Counted from the stretch's first letter, positions 14,634 through 26,640 are shown. The stretch is 64,000 nucleotides of DNA from Dictyostelium discoideum (GCA_000004695.1 CM000151.3:2208001-2272000); one strand, 5' to 3'. Made by a program: numbers and translations. Notes: generated by a model from the sequence alone, not told the origin.

Positions 14634-17574
14634 TTAATCTTGTATTGATTCAGGTGGTATTGGTTCATTTAATCTTTTTTGAATTTGTTTTCTTTTTTTA
14701 TATTTTTTAATATAAATTATAACTAAAACAAGTATAGCAATTAAAAAGAAAAGACAAGGTATTAAAATTGCAGGTATTAACCATTTTTCAACATGAGAAT
14801 TATTGTTTTGATCGGAAGTACCACCACCACCACTATTATTATTATCACTTCTAAATTGATATTTATCGGGAATTGAATATTTAAATACATCAGCATCACC
14901 AGACTGACCATTAACATTAATTTGAATTTGATGATCAGATCTTTCTATTGAAGATTTATTTAATGATTCAGATAATGGTGGTAAATAACAAGTTAATGAG
15001 TTTGAATCAGTGATATTAACATAGATACATTGTTGAAGATTTGCAATTGTAATATTTATTGGTTTTGCCAATTGTGATCCGAAAATTGTAATTAAACCAC
15101 CAGTTGTTGGTGAAACTGATGTTGAATTTATAATTGTTGGTGACATATAAGAGAAGGTTAAACCCTTTGGGTTACCTTGAACCAAAATATCATTAATTAA
15201 AATTGAAACTGAATAATCACCACCTGATCCAGGTGGCATTTTACAAGTTATTGATGTAAAATGTTTTAAATCTAATTGTTGAATATCTTTACAAATTTGT
15301 GACCCAATTTTAATATTTAAATGATTGCCATTGTTGTTGTTGTTGATAATTTCATTTTCATTTACAAAATTATAATTTAATAAATTTAAATATTTACCAA
15401 TTATTGTAACAACACCACCATTAACTGATAATTTTGAAGGTATTGAAGTTATGAATGGTATAATTGGTAATTGAAGTTGGTTTGATTTTTGACCACCAAC
15501 TTCAATGAAAATCATTGAAGTTTTTATAGAATCCGGTATTTGAAATTGAATTAATTCACTTGAATTTGTTAATACTGGTAGTGGTGTAACAATGATTTTA
15601 CCATTGATTTCATTGTTAATATAAATGAAAACTTTTGAATTTAATTCACCCAAATTATTACCATTAACAATTGCATTATCAAAAGATTGATAAATTTTTG
15701 AAATGGTTGGGGCTTGATAAGTGAAATTTGTGAAAATGGCAGGTTTGGAATCACCAATTTCAAGTTTAAACCATAACTTTTTACCAATACCTGGTGAGAC
15801 TTTACAATAAATAATTTCACCAGGATATGATGAATCCTCAATTGGATCATGACAATTTAATTGATTATTATTATTAAAATTTTCAATTGAAAACTTTGAT
15901 TTCAATGGTTTACCATTTTCACTTGATAAATATAACCCATTACCTTTAATTGTAATTAAACCACCTTTAGTAGTTGGTGAACTAATTTCTTTAATTGATA
16001 CATTTATTCTAATCGGTATTGAAGAGTTATCGTTACTACCATCAATTGATACTGTTAATATACCAGGTCTTGGTATTGGTGAAATGTAAAGTATTGTACT
16101 ATTAACTATAGTTATAACCGATTGATTTAATTTAATACCATCTAAATAAACTGACATATCATTATTCATAAAATATTTACCAATAACTTTTAATTTACCT
16201 TGTTGTTCAATTGATGTTGTTGATAGTAATGTTGGTGGACCACAATCGAATATTGTTGAAGAAGGAGGTTGTCCAATTGGTATTGAAATACTAGTTGGTG
16301 GTGTTGTTGCACCATTTGAATTTTTATCCCAAAATTTAAATGCTCTACCACCACTTGTATATTGATAATATAATGGTGAATTCATTTGAAATTCAATATG
16401 GTTGATTGAGCTTGACAATTTTTGACCATATTGTGAAATTGGTGTTAGTTGTGAATAGGTTGTACTATCTAAAAAGTAACCATTGAATTTATAAGTACGA
16501 TTAGATGTTGGGCCCTCAATTGAATTTATAGTGATTGGTGGATAACCTTCCTTCAATTGACCTTGACCACAATAATTATCTAAACATAATGTATACTTAA
16601 AATCTCTTGTAGGACAAAGTCCAACAAGTCTATTAAAATCAGTTATAATCAAATTTGTGCTATTGACATAGTCAATTGAGATTTTATATGGAAATGGGTA
16701 ACAACTTGGCATGAATGTTAATAGTTTTCTATTTGTGCCAAAATTTATGCCAATAAACTCAATTTTAGTAGCACCTTTCTCAATATCCATTGATAACACT
16801 CTTGCAGAATTTATTATTGGTTTTGGGTAAGTTGCTTTGTATGGTGTTTGCTGTGAATTTTGATGATCACCACCAAAACTGATTAAAACATACCCAAAGC
16901 CAGGATCCATTGTCCAAGTTAATAAACCTGGTTGATTATAGATTAAACTATTTTCATATTTTAAATTTCTAATTTCTTTAGGTTTACCTGTGATATCTGT
17001 AATTGTCATTGGGGTGCTATTGGCGTTTGAGCCATCATAATATCGAATCTTCAATGAAGAAGTTCCATTAGTATATAAATGTGAATCATCGATTTCAACA
17101 GGAAATGAAATTGGTATCGATATCTTTTCATCAAGAACTCTGTTGGTTATTTTATACAATAGTGTTCCTTTACATTCTTGTTTTTGAAAATCGGTATATC
17201 CTGTGAAATCAAATGTTGAATTACAACTATTACTACCATCCAAATTCTTTATAATACGATTTGATCCAAATCCTTGAATCGCTCCATTATATGTACATTC
17301 TAAATTAACCAAACATAATAAATCAATATTTATTAAATCATTTGAATTTGGTAATATTGTTATAAATACTATTGATTTTAAATAATTAATTTTACTTTCA
17401 ATTTCACCTAAAATAGAATAAAAATTAATAAATAAATAAATAAAAAAATATTAATACTATATAAATATATATTTTTTTTAAAAAAATTAAGTAATTTAAA
17501 AATTATTTACAATTTATACTATATATAAATAATGAAATCAAAAATAATAATTTTAATACTATAAATGATTTCAT
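14634..17574 (-). CDS. Large type I transmembrane surface glycoprotein of about 945 aa. Its IPT/TIG-type extracellular repeats resemble the Dictyostelium Tgr (LagB/C-like) allorecognition family. It has 2 exons: complement(17511..17574) and complement(14634..17407).
   Basis: The ORF-track 892-aa ORF lacks a signal peptide. Upstream on the minus strand, a 64-nt exon ATGAAATCATTTATAGTATTAAAATTATTATTTTTGATTTCATTATTTATATATAGTATAAATT encodes MKSFIVLKLLFLISLFIYSIN. It is followed by a GTAAAT donor, a 102-nt AT intron and a TTTTAG acceptor, in frame with the ORF (C|EIESKINYL...). The C-terminus has a TM helix WLIPAILIPCLFFLIAILVLVIIYI followed by KKYKKRK, and the ectodomain has many NxS/T sequons and repeated beta-rich modules. 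The Tgr family assignment is inferred from architecture, not from alignment. Splice coordinates could be off by 1 nt. Confidence 0.7.
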
Positions 17575-17633
17575 TTTTTTTTATTTTTTAATTTTTTTTA
17601 AAAAAAAAAAAATTATTATTATTATTACAAAAA

Positions 17634-17661
17634 ATTTATATTTTATTAAAAATGAGGTTTA

Positions 17662-17694
<33 letters not shown>

Positions 17695-17798
17695 TTTATT
17701 TCACTATTGTGTATTTATTTGTAAAATAATAAAACTGATAAAAAAAAAAAAAAAAAAAAAAAAAAAGGTAATTTATATTTTATTAAAAATGAGGTTTA

Positions 17799-17831
<33 letters not shown>

Positions 17832-17900
17832 TTTATTTCACTATTGTGTATTTATTTGTAAAATAATAAAACTGATAGAAAAAAAAAAAAAAAAAAAAAA
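17634..17900. repeat. Direct tandem duplication, 2 copies of about 137 bp, upstream of the Tgr-like gene
   Basis: The unit GGTAATTTATATTTTATTAAAAATGAGGTTTAATTATTATT...TTTATTTCACTATTGTGTATTTATTTGTAAAATAATAAAACTGATA(A/G)A followed by poly(A) occurs twice back to back, nearly identically. Confidence 0.85.
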
Positions 17901-18393
17901 ATTATAATTTTAAAAAATATTATTATTATGATGGATTGTGATTATAATTTATTATTATTATTTTTTTTAATTGAAAAAAAAACAAATTAAAAATAACCAT
18001 AATCGGTGGCAATTAATTTAACTATAGAATTGGGGAATGTGTGCGTGCGTGTGAATGATATTAAATAAATTATTTCATTATTAATAAAAATAATAATAAT
18101 ATATTGAGTAGCTATTAGGTATAACATTAAATTGACCACTGATGAAATATCAATGATGATGATGGCAGTGGTAAAAAAAAAAAAAAAAAAAATCAATTTT
18201 ATATATGTGTGTATATGTGTGGTTTGTAATTATAATTTTGGTATTATTATTTTTTTTATATATTATTATTATTATATTTTTTTTTTTATTGCCAAATCTT
18301 TTAACAATTTGATATTTTAATTATTATTAAATTTTTTTTTTTTTTTTTTTTTTTAAAAGTCTTTTAAAAAAATAAAATAAAAAATAAAAAATT

Positions 18394-18426
<33 letters not shown>

Positions 18427-19068
18427 AAACTACATGTAATTTTTTACATTATAAAAATTGTTAATAATAAAGAGAATATTAATTATTCATCATCTATTTT
18501 TTTTTTTTTTTTTTTTTTTTTTCTTTTTTTTCTTTTTTTCTTGAGTAACACAAAAATAAAAAAAAAAAAAAAAAAAAAATTAAAACTGGGTTTGTTATAC
18601 AATTATCAATTACTTTTCGAAAAAAAAAAAAAATACACATACAATAAAAATAAATAAATAAATCTCAACCCACACTTAATTTTTTTAAAAATAGACAAAT
18701 AAATAAACGAATAATAATTCTATATAAACCCAAAACTGATATAAAAATTTAATAATAATAATAAAAAAAAAAAAAAAAAATTTCTATTAAAAACAACACA
18801 TATTATCTACCTATGTTTAAAAAATTAAAATTATAATATAGTTTTTTATATTTTATACCACACAACAATAATAAACACTAGCATGTATTAAAAAATTACT
18901 TTTTTTTATTTTTTTTTATTTTATTTTTATTTTTAGGTTTATCTCTTACAATTTTACTCTTCATTTTACTTTAATCTTTTTAATTATATTTTTTATTACT
19001 TGATTTGATGAAATTAAAAAATTATAAAAAATAAAATTAATTTTTTGAAATTTTAAAAAAAAAAACAT

Positions 19069-19105
<37 letters not shown>

Positions 19106-19185
19106 CCACCCTTTTCTGACAATCACAATTTTTTTTTTAAATTTCAATTAGAAACAAAAAATATATATAAAAAAAAGAGATAAAA

Positions 19186-20208
19186 ATGTTGAATGAAGAA
19201 TTATTACCAATTTGGTTAGATCACGACTGCGGACATGATGATGCGTTTGCCATGTTATTAGCATTTCATTCAAAAATATTTAATATTTTAGGTATTTCAA
19301 GTGTTCATGGTAATCAAACAGTTGATAAGACTACCATTAATGCATTGATAACATTGGAAATCATTGGTAAATCAAATTGTGGTTATGAAGTTGTCAAAGG
19401 TGTTAGATCACCAATGTGTAGACCTGAACAAGTATGTTCTGAAATTCATGGTGAAACAGGATTAGATTGTCCAACTGCTGAATTACCAAAACCAACCCAA
19501 CTACCAATTACAGATAGACCTGCAATTCAAGTTATGTTTGAAAAGATATCAAAATTCTATACTGATAATCAACAAAAACAAAAAGTTATAATCGTTGCAA
19601 CAGGTTCATTAACAAATGTTGCCTTGCTATTCGCAGTTTACCCACAAATAAAACCAATGGTAGAAGTCTCATTATTGGGTGGCTCAATTAATTTTGGTAA
19701 TATCTCACCAGCTGCAGAGTATAACATTTTAGTGGATCCTGAAGCTGCAAAAGTGGTTTTCGAAAGTGGTGTCAAGGTCATTATGGTGCCGTTGGAATGC
19801 TCCCATAAGGCATTAGTTAATGAAAAGATTTTAGAAAGAATTTCAGATATTGAAAAAGCAGATGGTAAACAAACTCAATTCATAAAGATTATCAAAGGTT
19901 TATTATTGTTTTTCGCAGATAATTATAAGAGTACATTCGATTTTGATCATCCACCATTACACGATCCATTGGCTGTAGCTTATTTAATTGATCCAACCAT
20001 TTTCAAATGTAAATTAATGAGAGTTGATATTGAAACTTCCTCTCATCTTTGTTTGGGTAGAACTGTTGTAGATTTATTCAGTATGTCAAAATTACAAAAA
20101 AATGTTCACGTTTGTACTGACATAAATGTCGATAAGTTTTGGGATTTAATGATTAATGCAATTGATAATTGTTATAATCATTTATATAAATCAAATATTT
20201 TAAAATAA
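19186..20208 (+). CDS. Inosine-uridine preferring nucleoside hydrolase (IU-NH family), 340 aa, single exon
   Basis: N-terminal LDHDCGHDDAFAML is the DxDxxxDD aspartate cluster that defines IU-nucleoside hydrolases. Start context is aaaATGttg. Confidence 0.85.
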   Translation: MLNEELLPIWLDHDCGHDDAFAMLLAFHSKIFNILGISSVHGNQTVDKTTINALITLEIIGKSNCGYEVVKGVRSPMCRPEQVCSEIHGETGLDCPTAELPKPTQLPITDRPAIQVMFEKISKFYTDNQQKQKVIIVATGSLTNVALLFAVYPQIKPMVEVSLLGGSINFGNISPAAEYNILVDPEAAKVVFESGVKVIMVPLECSHKALVNEKILERISDIEKADGKQTQFIKIIKGLLLFFADNYKSTFDFDHPPLHDPLAVAYLIDPTIFKCKLMRVDIETSSHLCLGRTVVDLFSMSKLQKNVHVCTDINVDKFWDLMINAIDNCYNHLYKSNILK

Positions 20209-20581
20209 AAAATAAAAAATAAAAAATAAAAATAAAAATAAAATAATTTATTTATTTATTTTATTTTTAAAATTAATTTGATATTTTTTTTTTTTTTTTT
20301 TTTTATTATTCAATTAAAATATATTTTTTAAAAAAAACAGGTAAAAAATAAAAATAAAAAAATAAAAAAATAAAAAAAGAATTTATTATAATTTGTTGTA
20401 TACTTACTTTAATTAAAGTTAATTGGGTATTTTTTAAATTTATTTATTTTTTTTTTATTTTTTTTTTTATTTTTTTTAAATTCGACAACAAGCGCCAAAT
20501 TCTTTTTTTATTTTTTTATTTTTTTATTTTTATTTTTTTCATTTTCCAAAGCAACAAATAAATTAAATAAATAAATTAAAG

Positions 20582-21156
20582 ATGGTTAAAGATGATAATA
20601 TGAAAGATATTGAAGATGATCATGAAGATGAACATGAAGAAGAGGAAGAACATGAAGAAGAGGAAGAACATGAAGATGAGCATGAGGAAGAGGAAGAAGA
20701 ACATGAAGAAGAGGATGGTGGAGAAAAAACTAAAAGTAAAAATAAAGATAAAGATAATACAAATGATGAAAAAAAGAAATCAAAAAGACGTACACGTGTT
20801 GAAGGTGATATTCAATTACCAGTTGCAAGAATTAAAAGAATAATGAGATGTGATAAAGATGTTAAAATAATTTCTTCTGATGCTGTTATGTTAGTTGCAA
20901 AATCGACTGTAATTATTAATTTATTTATTTCAATTTATCTATTTAAAATTAATAAAATAATCAATTTTTAACATATTTAATATATTTTTATTTTTATATT
21001 ATTTAGGAAATGTTTTTAGATTATTTAGTCAAAGAAGCATATAAATCAAGTGGCAAAAAGAAGACTTTACAATATAAAGATTTAGCTTCAACAATTAAAG
21101 GTGTAGATAATTTAGACTTTTTATCAGAGATTATACCTGAAAAAGTTTCAATATAA
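20582..21156 (+). CDS. Histone-fold protein of the NF-YC/DRAP1(NC2-alpha)/POLE4 class with an acidic His/Glu-rich N-terminus, about 158 aa. It has 2 exons: 20582..20908 and 21007..21156.
   Basis: Exon 1 ends ...LPVARIKRIMRCDKDVKIISSDAVMLVAKST with a GTAATT donor at 20909. A TTTAG acceptor at 21006 opens exon 2, EMFLDYLVKEAYKSSGKKKTLQYKDLASTIKGVDNLDFLSEIIPEKVSI*. This is the histone-fold pattern LPxARIKKIMK...GKRKTL..DL......FL..IIP. Which complex it belongs to (NC2, Pol epsilon or CHRAC) cannot be decided from sequence alone. Confidence 0.75.
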
Positions 21157-21609
21157 TAATATAGTAATAATATTTATAATAAAAAAAAAAAAATAATAAA
21201 AAAAAAAAAAAAAAATTGTAAAAATTAAAACATATAGAAATTATAATTATGAAAAATCAATCCAGTTTTATCTTATTTTATTTTATTTTTAGATTCAATA
21301 GTAATAATAATAATAATAATAATAAAAACAATAATAATGTAAGAATAAACTCCCCCCACTAATTATGTTTGTGTTCACCTTTTTTTATTTTATTTTATTT
21401 TTTATTTTTATTTTTATTTTTATTTTTTTATTTAATTAAAGTGTTACAATTAATTTTTTTTATTTTTAATTTTTTAATTTTTTTTTTTTTTAAAGGTGGT
21501 AAATTACTTATTTTCATCCATACATCACAAATAAATAATAATTAATTTCTTTATCAATTATTTTTTTTTTTTTTGTTGTGAACAAAACAAAATTTAATTT
21601 CATTAAATA

Positions 21610-22747
21610 ATGAAAAAATATTCATTACTAATTTTAATATTGTTTATTAATTGTTCATTTTCTAAACTTACAGAAATTCAATATAGAAATGAATTTACAG
21701 CATGGATGACATCAAATCAAAGAACATATGCATCAAGTGAGTTTACTAATCGTTATAATACATTTAAATCAAATTTAGATTTTATAAATCAATGGAATTC
21801 CAAAGGTAGTAAAACAGTTTTAGCATTAAATGAATTTGCTGATATTTCAAATGAAGAATATAGAAAAAATTATTTAAGAAATGATAATAATATCAATAAA
21901 TTATCATCTTTATTAATTAATGATAAAGAAGATAAAGAAATTAAAAGTAGTAGTAGTAGTGGTAGTGGTAGTTCTGGAATTGATTGGAGAAAAAAAGGTG
22001 CAGTTCCTTCAGTAAAAAGTCAAATCGGTGGATGTGGTTCTTGGCCAATTACCGCAGTTGGTGCAACTGAAAGTGCTCATTTCTTAGCTAATCCAAAGGA
22101 CCCATTCATATCATTATCAATGCAAAATTTAATTGATTGTTCAAATTTAAATAAACAATGTTATCAAGGTACTGTTAATGAGTAAGTAATAATTATTATT
22201 ATTTTTATTTTTATTATTAAAATTAAATAAATGATTCTAATTATTATTTTTTTTTTAAAAAAACTATAATAATAATTATAGAGCATTTCAATATATTATT
22301 GAAAATGGTGGTATAGATAGTGAAGAATCTTATAAATTTAGTGGTGGTGAACCTGGAAAATGTAAATATAACTCTTCAAATTCTGTAGCTAAAATAACGT
22401 CATATGAAAAAGTTAAATCTGGTTCAGAATCATCATTAGAATCTGCTGTATCTCTTAAACCAGTTGCTGCTTATATTGATGCATCATTATCATCATTCCA
22501 ATTTTATTCTTCTGGTATTTATTATGAACCATCTTGTAATTCAACAGATTTAAATCATAGTATTTTAATAGTTGGTTTTTCTGATTTCTCAACAACACCA
22601 ACTGATTCTTTAAAACATTCCTCAAATTATTGGATCGTTCAAAATTCTTTTGGAAAAAATTGGGGTGAAAATGGTTATATCTTTATGAGTAAAGATAGAG
22701 ATGATAATTGTGGAATTTCAAAAATGGCAAGTTACGTTATTGTTTAA
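21610..22747 (+). CDS. Papain-family cysteine-proteinase paralog whose catalytic Cys is replaced by Ser (predicted pseudo-protease or altered nucleophile), about 345 aa. It has 2 exons: 21610..22181 and 22282..22747.
   Basis: The signal peptide and propeptide align with the proteinase at 4462..5613 (EIQYRNEFTAWM... versus [12 protein letters not shown]...). At the active site, the canonical [13 protein letters not shown] becomes KSQIGGCGSWPIT. The DNA reads caa atc ggt gga tgt ggt tct tgg, so the nucleophile position is Ser (tct). His (LNHSILIVGF) and Asn (VQNSFG) are retained. A GTAAGT donor at 22182 and a TTATAG acceptor at 22281 are phase 2. Like the other proteinase, it has a Ser-rich insert, SSSSGSGSSG. 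Confidence 0.85.
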
Positions 22748-23077
22748 AACATAAGTCTTTGAAAAAATAAAAATAATAAATAAAAATACATAGTAATTTT
22801 CATAAAAAAACAAAAAAGATATTATAGTTTGAGAAAACAGAAATGTGGTAATTCCAATCACAACTTTTTTTTTTTAAGATATTTTTTTTTTTATCATTTT
22901 TTTTATCAAAAAAAATATTCTGGTAATATTTTCAGAAAAAAAAAATGTTTTTTTTGTCGAAATTGTTGTTGTATTAAAATTTATAAAACATAAGGTGTCT
23001 CATATAAATTTTTTTAATTTTATGACCATTTTTTTTTTTTTTTTCAAAAATAATATTTGCACATCTTTATTAAATAT

Positions 23078-24793
23078 ATGAATAATTCTAAATTTCCAAA
23101 TTATATTTATAAAACTATAATTAACTTTTTAATTGAATATAATTATAAACATAAACAATCATTAAAAGCATATAAAAACTTATTAAATTATAATAATGAA
23201 GTTATTCAACTTTCTCTAGTATCAAAAAAGTGGTTTGAGTTAGTGTCAATCTCTTTAAAAGAAATTTTAAAATTTAAAAATATTAAATTATTATCAAATT
23301 TAATAGATTATAAAAATATTAAAAATAAAAATAAAATAATTAATTATTCATTAAGTATTAATAATAATGATAATCACAACAATAATAATAATAATCAACC
23401 ATCTTTATTAAGAATTCATCAATATAAAAAAAGTAAACATATTAATAATTATTATAATATGCAACCAATTTATAAAAAAGTATTATTAGTTTCAAAAAAT
23501 CATCAAGATTCTATGGATATTATAAAATCGATTAAAAATTATCCACCAAATTATTTATTTAATATAAGAGTATCATCAAATGGACCTGCTTTTTTAGTGA
23601 ATCAATTTGGAAAATTAAAAGAATTTTTATTATTAAATATTGGTAATGATAATGATGAAGGATTGGAAATAATTGAAAATAATTTAAAACTAAATGTAAC
23701 AATAGATTCGATAGTAAAAGAAAAAACTACAACAACATCAACAATGGAAACTACAGAAAAATTATTATTAAATAGAATTAATAAAATTAAATTCTGTGGT
23801 AATTATTGTGGTAGTAATAGTTTTGATCCTACAGAAGTTTTTAAGAAATTAAGTGAATTAAACCCAAAGAGATTAGAATTTAATAGTTTTATGGAAAAAC
23901 CAATTACAAGACTCCCATTTGAAGTTTTTAATTTAAAATCATTAAAATCATTAAAAATAAATGATTCTTCTATTTTAGAACCAAGTTGTCTTTCAAAAAT
24001 TGATAATCAAACTACAAAATTAAAAAAGCTAACTACTTATTTACCATTTAATCTATATGTAGAAGCTTTTAATTCTAGAGATGATAACTATATTAAAGAG
24101 TATGGTTGGGGTCAACTCTTTGAAATATTATCAAATAATAGAACAATTAAAAAACTACATATTAAATATATTTTCTTATCATCAAGACGTTATTTAGATT
24201 ATATGAATGCTAAATGTATTGACCCATTTAAACAAAATACAAATAAATTAAACCAATATTTTAGTTTAATTTTTGATAATAATAATAATAATAATGGTAG
24301 TGGTAGTAGTGGTTGTATAATTGAAACTTTAATAATTGATAAATGGTATTTCATAAATTCAATACTTTATAATTCATTATCATTAAATAAATCAATTATA
24401 AATTTAAAATTATTTGACCAATTTGTTGAACCATTCTTTGAATTTGTTTTACCAATAAATAAAACAATTAGAAATTTATATTTAAAGAATCCAATACTTG
24501 GTAAAAAGAATTTATTTGATATTTTTAAAAAATATTTTAATTTAATTTTAAATTTATATTCAATTTCAATTGTATTTATAATTACAAAAGTAACATCAAC
24601 ATTTATTGAAAAACAAATTGATTTAATTAAAAATTATTATTTATCATTATCACAATCAGAAACTTCAAATTTAAAAGAAATTAATTTTTTAATAGATTAT
24701 AAAGGATTTAAATTAGAAAATAATAAAAAAATTATAAATTTTACTAAAGTTTATAATATTATAATTTCAAAAATACCAATAAATTTTGTATAA
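23078..24793 (+). CDS. Hypothetical Asn/Ile/Lys-rich protein with an N-terminal F-box-like motif (about 571 aa)
   Basis: The long ORF has its first ATG at 23078 (tatATGaat). The ORF track's start at 23057 is a TTG inside a T-run. N-terminal YKTIINFLIEY...LLNYNNEVIQLSLVSKKWFELVS resembles an F-box (LPxEIL..IF..L...L.....VCK.W..L). The rest is leucine-rich-repeat-like and AT-biased, so this call has low specificity. Confidence 0.5.
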   Translation: MNNSKFPNYIYKTIINFLIEYNYKHKQSLKAYKNLLNYNNEVIQLSLVSKKWFELVSISLKEILKFKNIKLLSNLIDYKNIKNKNKIINYSLSINNNDNHNNNNNNQPSLLRIHQYKKSKHINNYYNMQPIYKKVLLVSKNHQDSMDIIKSIKNYPPNYLFNIRVSSNGPAFLVNQFGKLKEFLLLNIGNDNDEGLEIIENNLKLNVTIDSIVKEKTTTTSTMETTEKLLLNRINKIKFCGNYCGSNSFDPTEVFKKLSELNPKRLEFNSFMEKPITRLPFEVFNLKSLKSLKINDSSILEPSCLSKIDNQTTKLKKLTTYLPFNLYVEAFNSRDDNYIKEYGWGQLFEILSNNRTIKKLHIKYIFLSSRRYLDYMNAKCIDPFKQNTNKLNQYFSLIFDNNNNNNGSGSSGCIIETLIIDKWYFINSILYNSLSLNKSIINLKLFDQFVEPFFEFVLPINKTIRNLYLKNPILGKKNLFDIFKKYFNLILNLYSISIVFIITKVTSTFIEKQIDLIKNYYLSLSQSETSNLKEINFLIDYKGFKLENNKKIINFTKVYNIIISKIPINFV

Positions 24794-24917
24794 ATTTTTT
24801 TAAAAATAAAAATAAAAATAAAAACAAATAAACCTAAAATAATAATTTAAATATTCATTTTATTATTATTATTATTTTAAATAGTCTTTTTTTTTTATTT
24901 TTATTATTTTAAATTAT

Positions 24918-26640
24918 TTAATTTTCCCAATCACTATCGTCTTCATCATCTTCTTCATTTTCACCTAAATTTCCTCTTCGTTTAGCCATTGCTGCTGCTA
25001 ATGTATCTACTAATGAACGATTACCAGACTCACCTAATTGTAATTCTTTTAAATCTGGTAATGGTTCACTTGGATCTACTTTTTTTAAATGACTTGCACC
25101 TCCAAATCCTCTAATACTATCCATGAGATTTGAACGACCACTATCCAATGGTGGCATTGATGTGGGTGGTGCAGAGGTTGGTTTTGATATTGCTGGTGGT
25201 GGAGGTGGTACCATCGATGAATTATTTAATGAAATTGGTGCACTTGGTGGTGGTGGTGGAGGTGGTACCATCGATGAATTATTTAATGAAATTGGTGTTG
25301 GTTTTTCAATTGGTGATTGAATTGATGGTGCTGGTGGTAATGGTGATTTTGGATCAACTGGGGCAACTGGAATATGAGCTAATTGATCAGGCATTGGTGG
25401 TGGTGGTGGAGGCATTACATCACCCCCAACTTTATCAATAATAACTTGTGGTTGTTGAGTAGTTCTTTGAATAATTGGTGGTTGAACGACTGGTATTCTT
25501 TGTTGAGTTGGTGGTGTTGGTGGTAATCCTGGTCTTTTGGAAGTTGGTAACGGTGGTGGTGGAGATTGTAATTTTGTTTGTGAAGGTTGTTGTGATAAAT
25601 CTCTTCTTTGTCTTGGTGGAGGGGTTGGTTGTTTTCTTTGTGGAGTTACTTGTTGTGGTTGTTGTGGTTGTAGTGGTTTTTGTTGATAAAATTGATTATA
25701 ACCTTCTAAATTTTGTGGCTGTTGAGATGATTGATATACATATTGCTGTGGTGTTTCACCTTGGAAAGTGTATTCTTGAGGTTTTTGATTTTGTTGTTGG
25801 TAAACGTATTGTTGTACACCATTCGAAGTTGATTGCATTACTTGCTCCATTTGTTGTGGTGATGGACGTTTTTGTGTTGGTTGTAATGGTTCATCCAATT
25901 TATATTGTGATTTAAATTCTTGTTGGATCAATGGTTCGTTACTATTATATATTTGTTGCTGTTGTGGTTGTTGTGGTTGTGTTGGCTGTAGTGGCTCATC
26001 ATCTGGTTTCATGAAATTTTGATGAATTGGAATTGGTTTACCACCGATTGTAGTTGGTAATTTACCTCTAGTAGTATATGCTTGTTGTTGTTGTTGTTGT
26101 TGTGGTGGTTGTTGTTGAGCCATTTGTTTATATGGTTGTTGTGGTAATGGTTTATTAATTTGTTGGTGTTTTGGTAAAGGTCTAATTTCAGAACCAGGTT
26201 TTGGTGGAGGTACTCTTTGAGCACCCATTTTTTGAGTAGTTGATGTGGGTGGGGGTGGAGGTGGTGCTCTGGATCTAATTGGTTGTTGTTGTTGCTGTTG
26301 TTGTTGTTGCTGAGGAATATTGGTTTGCTGATATGGTGCTGTAGTTGTACCACCTGCCATACCTGCTTTTTGATTATTAATATTCTCACCTATTATACTA
26401 TAAATGAATTGAACAGTTTCTGGATTCTTTAAATCTTTTTTCTTTATACCTGCTGCTTGAAATAATTGTCTCCACTCTGGTGGAATATTTTTAATTTCAA
26501 AACCATTTTCTTTATCCCAACCTATATGAGATTCATGTTTAAAATCAGTTGGACCTGATATCTCCATACCTTTTTCTTCATTTCTATGTCTAGTTTTATC
26601 TAAAACTTTTTGAAAAAATCTACCATGTTTTTTTTTTGTT
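24918..26640 (-). CDS. WASP-family actin nucleation-promoting factor lacking a WH1 domain (basic region, CRIB, poly-Pro, WH2, central-acidic). This is the main exon. It resembles the WH1-less Dictyostelium WASP paralogs, but I am not sure which one it is.
   Basis: Upstream of the ORF-track Met, the frame continues with no stop up to the AG at 26641-26642 (KTKKKHGRFFQKVLDKTRHRNEEKG). The protein has the CRIB motif ISGPTDFKHESHIGWD, more than 300 aa of Pro/Gln-rich sequence with PPPPP runs, the WH2 motif RSNLMDSIRGFGGASHLKKV and the acidic tail ENEEDDEDDSDWEN. A 20-residue unit, PISLNNSSMVPPPPP, is tandemly duplicated; the DNA repeat lies at about 25190-25320. Confidence 0.85.

Noticed and set aside
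25123-26389. Four ORFs, 25123..25320, 25130..25441, 25475..25915 and 26009..26389, overlapping the WASP-like gene
   Set aside because: They are antisense or out-of-frame readings of the GGT/CCA-rich Pro/Gln coding repeats. Val- and Gly-rich products of this kind are typical shadow ORFs.
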